NCBI RefSeq assembly: GCF_963506605.1
Contig: NC_083281.1
Span: forward strand, 24,614,001-24,678,000
Length of the DNA: 64,000 nucleotides
DNA from: Zootoca vivipara
Taxonomy: Eukaryota
Reading direction: 5' to 3'
Shown here in pieces: positions 59,412-64,000 of this stretch; the first letter of the stretch is position 1, and each line of letters begins with the position of its first letter. Under the pieces are notes generated by a model. The model was not told the origin of the DNA, searched no databases, and saw only the letters and a program-made list of their open reading frames with translations. Both the position numbers and the translations under genes were made by a program.

Positions 59412-62138
59412 CAGCAAACAGCTGTACAGATGTGTCTGCAGGGATAGCAGTTTGTGCAAGCTTCTGTGGACTCTCAAGTCATGTCTTGGAAACCTAGAAT
59501 ATTATGACTAAGTGCTTGATAGAGCATCTGGAGAATTATACAGGTTTCCACACCAAAAGACATTTTAAAAAACCCTAAGTGAAATAATCTGAATGTCAGC
59601 ATAATACCCCTTTAGGAACAAGAGTTAGCTCTATATCACAAGTACCATGCACCATCTATTTCAGAATTTTCTTTCCCTCATACACACTCAAACTGAAGGA
59701 GGGCATCCAGCTAGACTGGAGCCTCCACATTTGTTAAATAGAAAGTCGAGGAAATTTTAATCTGTTTTAGTATTTTAACTCTTGCATATCTTAAAGCACG
59801 GCTGTAATTGTTTCCTGGTTTTATTGTTTTATCTCTTTGCAAACCGCTTTGAGGTTTTATTAGAATCGGGTGTACAGTATAAGGTTTCATGAAATAAACT
59901 AATTGGTTAAATTAATCTCCTTGCCACTGCCAAGACATTTGTGTTATAATCAACGCAGCTTCCGCATGGTCACTCTAAATATTTTAGAAATGTCCAGAAA
60001 ATCCAGATCTATGGCAGCCCATGTCGATAGCGTAGCTTTTTTTTTTCTTTTGGAGAAGAAACCATACATTTTCTCCTTTTGAAATATGGCCACCCTAACT
60101 AATCAGCTTTCAGTTTCCCATAAGAAATATTGTGAATTGTCTTGACTCCCCACCAGACTGGTGTCTTCTGTGGGTGTATTCTGCAGCATGTCATTGACAC
60201 AATAATAATGCATGAGTGGGAGATTTATACTGGGCCATCCACTCAGTTATTATTGCCATCTGGAAGGTCACTCTTGCTCTGTAATGGGACAAAAGTTAGC
60301 AACACACACACCCATGCGTGTTACGAAAAAGCTGCAGGGCTTTATGAGAAAGGTATGGAGCCCATGCCTATTGCAAATGAAGCAGTATGACCACCCCAAA
60401 ACATTTGCAGATGCCCCAATATGAGCTCAGATGTGAATGCTCAATAAAAAGGACATCTGGAAGATCCTACAGCCTTCCTCAAACTGATGCCTTCCAGATG
60501 TTTTGGACTTCATTCCCCATCATTCCTGGCCATTGGCCATGCTAGCTAGAACTGATGGGTGTTGTAGTCCAAACTTTCTGAAGCATAACTTGCTTTGGGG
60601 AGGCTGAGGTGAAATACTACTATACAATGGGATTAGGACAGAACTAAACCACCCCTCCCACAATTTACCACTCTGTTTGTGGTTGACAATGGTGGGTCAA
60701 AATGATGCAACCTGTTTCGGGAGGGAATGACATTTCAAGTGGCATTCATTTAGGTCTGGATAGATCAGGCCCATAGATCAATGTTAGCGCTACCCCCAGA
60801 ATGATGAAATTGGAAGGACTGGCTACTTGGGCATGGGGATCCACAAAGCCACCCAACTTCTATTTTATCATCCGGGAGGCTTGCTCCATGTTATGTCACT
60901 GGGTGTTGCCATTTTCCTGGCCTAGTCTAACAGGACCAGCTCTACTATTAGCCAGTGTGAAGCAGCTGCCTCAGGTTGCAGATGCTGAGGGTGTGCATAT
61001 TGGGGGAAGTTCAGTGGTGGCGGCTATTCCTGACCGTTCCTCTTAAGGATCCCCACTAGCTACTCTCCTCTTTTAAGATGTCATGAAACCCTTGGCATAC
61101 CCTCCAACATTTCTCCGGTGAAAATAGGGACGTCCCATTCCATAATGATAATTTTACTATTTATAACCCTATACATTTTACTGGGTTGTCCCAGCCACTC
61201 TGGGCAGCTACCAATAAATATAAAAACATAATAAAACATTGAACATTTTAAAATACCGTAACTTCCCTATACAAGATTGCGTTCATACGGCTCAGGGGTC
61301 AGATAACTCCATACCCTCCAACATTTCTCCAATGAAAATAGGGACATCCTAAGGAAAAGCAGGACGTTCCAGGATCAAATTAGAAACCAGGGCAGCTTCT
61401 CTAAATCAGGGACATCCCTGGAAAATAGGGACACTTGGACACTTGCTGTTTTTGCTTCAACAAACCAATATGGCTACCCCTTTGGAAACAGCCTGCCTGA
61501 GTCCCCTAAGGCCATTTCCCTCATGTGAGGAGAGGACAGGGCTCCACTGCCAGTGTTCTAAAGTCATTCAATGGCTGATCCAATTGCTTTCTGTCCATGG
61601 AATGGAGTGAGGGGCAGTGGCCATTGTTGGCTGAGGTGAAGGACAAGATGGCCGCTTCTTCCTCAGAGAACAGATGTCAGGGATTGTGAATGTGGTGGGG
61701 GCAGGGGGCCAGGAGGCTGACCCGGGAGAGGGAGCCACTGATTTATGGGGCTGGGAGCCACCCGACAGGCAGCAGCCAGACCAGGAGGAGGAGGAGGAAG
61801 AAGAGTTGGGGCAGGATGAGGTGGAGGAAGAAGAAACTGTTCAGCCAAGGGATGGGCCAGTTGACTCCCCACCTTCCCCTGCTCCACCATCTCCTAGAAC
61901 CAGGAGGGGCTTGAAGAGAAATGAGCAGCAGTGGCTTCCGTGCAGAAAAAGTTGCCCTGTGGGAGCTGCTGTAGGTGTTTCTCTGGCCAATAAAATGTCA
62001 ACTACCAGCCATGCATCTCCCTGAGGTGCTACAGTGGGCCATGACCGTTATGTTTCAGTGTGTTTTAACCAAAGAAGCAAAACAACACATGCAAAATCCA
62101 AGCTCACAAGATCCCTTGTAGCCCAAATTGTCTGTATG

Positions 62139-62465
62139 CAGTGGCGAACGAAGCCGCTCCAGCACTCGGAGTGGCAAACATAACACACCCCAGGGGCGCG
62201 GTGTCACCACGTAGCAACGCTGTGCAAGTGTGCTACTAGCAGGTTGCCGGCAGCGCTGGTCCGCCCCTCGCTTCCACCCGCAGCCCAAGTGGGATGGAGG
62301 CAAAGCGCGCACTGAGTGGCTTGCTCGCTCACCCGCTTGGCGCTTTGCTTCAGTCCCGCTTGGGCTGCGTGCGGAGGCGAGGGGTGGGCCAGGGACGGGC
62401 GCGCCGAGTGCCACCCCCCTCCAGGGGTGGCACACTCCCATCGCACCCCCCTTGCTACGTCCCTG
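62139..62465. mobile_element. hAT MITE
   Basis: Ends CAGTGGCGAACGAAG / CTTGCTACGTCCCTG; TSD TCTGTATG / TCTGTAGG. Confidence 0.65.
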
Positions 62466-63269
62466 TCTGTAGGCTCTACTATCCTCAGACTGAACGAAGA
62501 AGCGAGACTCATGTTTTAAAGAATGCCATAACAAAAAGTTCAAAATGGCTGCAAGTCCTTAACTTTATGAATCTCGATCTTTTAACTATCTTTTAAAACA
62601 ATTTCTAGTCCCTGTGGAAACATGTTGGTGCAGGCAACTCTCCCTGGCCATCTAACCCAGAATGTCTCACTTTGAGAGATGATCCTCTTCCGCAAAGCGA
62701 GTGTCTTCTGCTGCATTAGTGTCAGCAAAGCATTTTTGAAGAAAAAGGGGGAGAGGAGAGCGGGCAGCGTGACAGTTTTGCTTTGTTCAGAGGGGAAATG
62801 TAAGCTCGATTTCTACAAAGCAGAAATCCACTTTCTCATCTCAGTTCCCTTTACGATGAAATTCGCCCCCCTACATATCAACACAGAAAATTCAGTGTTC
62901 AAGGATGAGTCTTCAGGCACATAGCAAATGCATTTCCTTTACTTGGTGGAACTTAATTGAGCACTACAGAAAATGAGATAAATGAGGTTAATGACATAAA
63001 AACAGTATAATATGTTAGCAGTACAAATCTGAAATATTGTTAAGGCTGAGAAACCTTGACTAAACCTTAAGCAAATCATAATTGCCTGAATCAGTAAGGC
63101 TAGAATTGGGCAGGAAGCAAAATATTACATAGGCCAAATGAGAGAGAGAGATGCTCCAAAGAAGGGATATTTATTCCCAAATTCTCCTTTGAAGGAGGTA
63201 ATTTCCCCCCCCCCTATGCTTTCTGAATTATTGAAGAAAAGCAAGACTGCATTCCACAAAATCTGCAAC

Positions 63270-63311
<42 letters not shown>

Positions 63312-64000
63312 TGAATTTATATACTGCCGTATACCCAGAGGTCTCAGGGCAGTTCACAGAAAACTTCATGAAAGGAAAAAACTATATGCCCCAAATACCT
63401 ACACTTCAACTTCTACATTAATTTCGATAATTGCCTACTATCATCTAATGAAATAATTTTAGCAACATCTAATAAAACTACATCAAAGTCAAACAATCCT
63501 CTTTTTTAAAGGCATACCTGGGTAGAAGTTACACAGAGAGGTTTCGATAGGATGTTACATCAATATGACAAATGTGTCTAGTTTACATCTGAGTATATTT
63601 TAAAAGTATCAGTTAAAAATAGCATTCACTGTGGTCACAACATGTTTAATAAATCTCTAAGGGTGGGATGATTAAACCTGACCAATTCAATTCATAAGAG
63701 CAGTGGTGTACCTGTCTGGCACGCTTGTCTCCAAAGGACTTTAGAAAAATTGAAAGTTGCTTTTTATTTCTACTTTTAGAATTGATTGTGTTGTACTGCG
63801 GTAAGGCAAATCAGCAGTGGAAGCAGTGTCTGTTAAAAGGCGAAACATGGGAACAAGTTGGCCACCGTATAAAACTCTGCTGGAGGAGGTTGATGGGGAT
63901 TTAAAATTATCATAGAATCATAGAGTTGGAAGAGACCACAAGGGTCATCCAGTCCAACCCCCTGCTGAGCAGGAAACACCATCAAAGCATTCTTGACATA

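Overview
This is vertebrate genomic DNA. The repeat content (Sauria SINEs, Bov-B, L2, Penelope, many hAT MITEs) points to a squamate, probably a lacertid lizard (inference). The window holds a cluster of immunity-related GTPases (IRG/p47 family, 'interferon-inducible GTPase 5'/IRGC-like). Three plus-strand genes each have one coding exon (30292-31530, 42532-43764, 58254-59411). The three minus-strand IRG ORFs are best read as exons of ONE gene. Two G-domain-only cassettes (18620-17953 and 16850-16170) splice in frame through phase-2 junctions onto a full-length IRG exon (13694-11648), predicting an ~849-aa triple-GTPase IRG. All three of its G-domains have altered switch I residues, and the last has a G4 Asp->Asn change. 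The last exon is interrupted by an 838-bp hAT element whose ends offer in-frame splice rescue routes. Each gene has a copy of the same promoter/non-coding first-exon module (overlapping NF-kB/GAS, then ISRE, TATA-like box, splice donor). These modules sit head-to-head and were spread by segmental duplication; one copy is broken. A second duplicated GAS+ISRE module occurs four times, and a 90-bp MITE carrying a kB site occurs three times. A very young Ty1/Copia element (53136-58080) lies in the intron of the last IRG. It has an open pol, an internally deleted gag and a 5' LTR lacking 233 bp. All splice and regulatory calls are by-eye predictions without transcript data.
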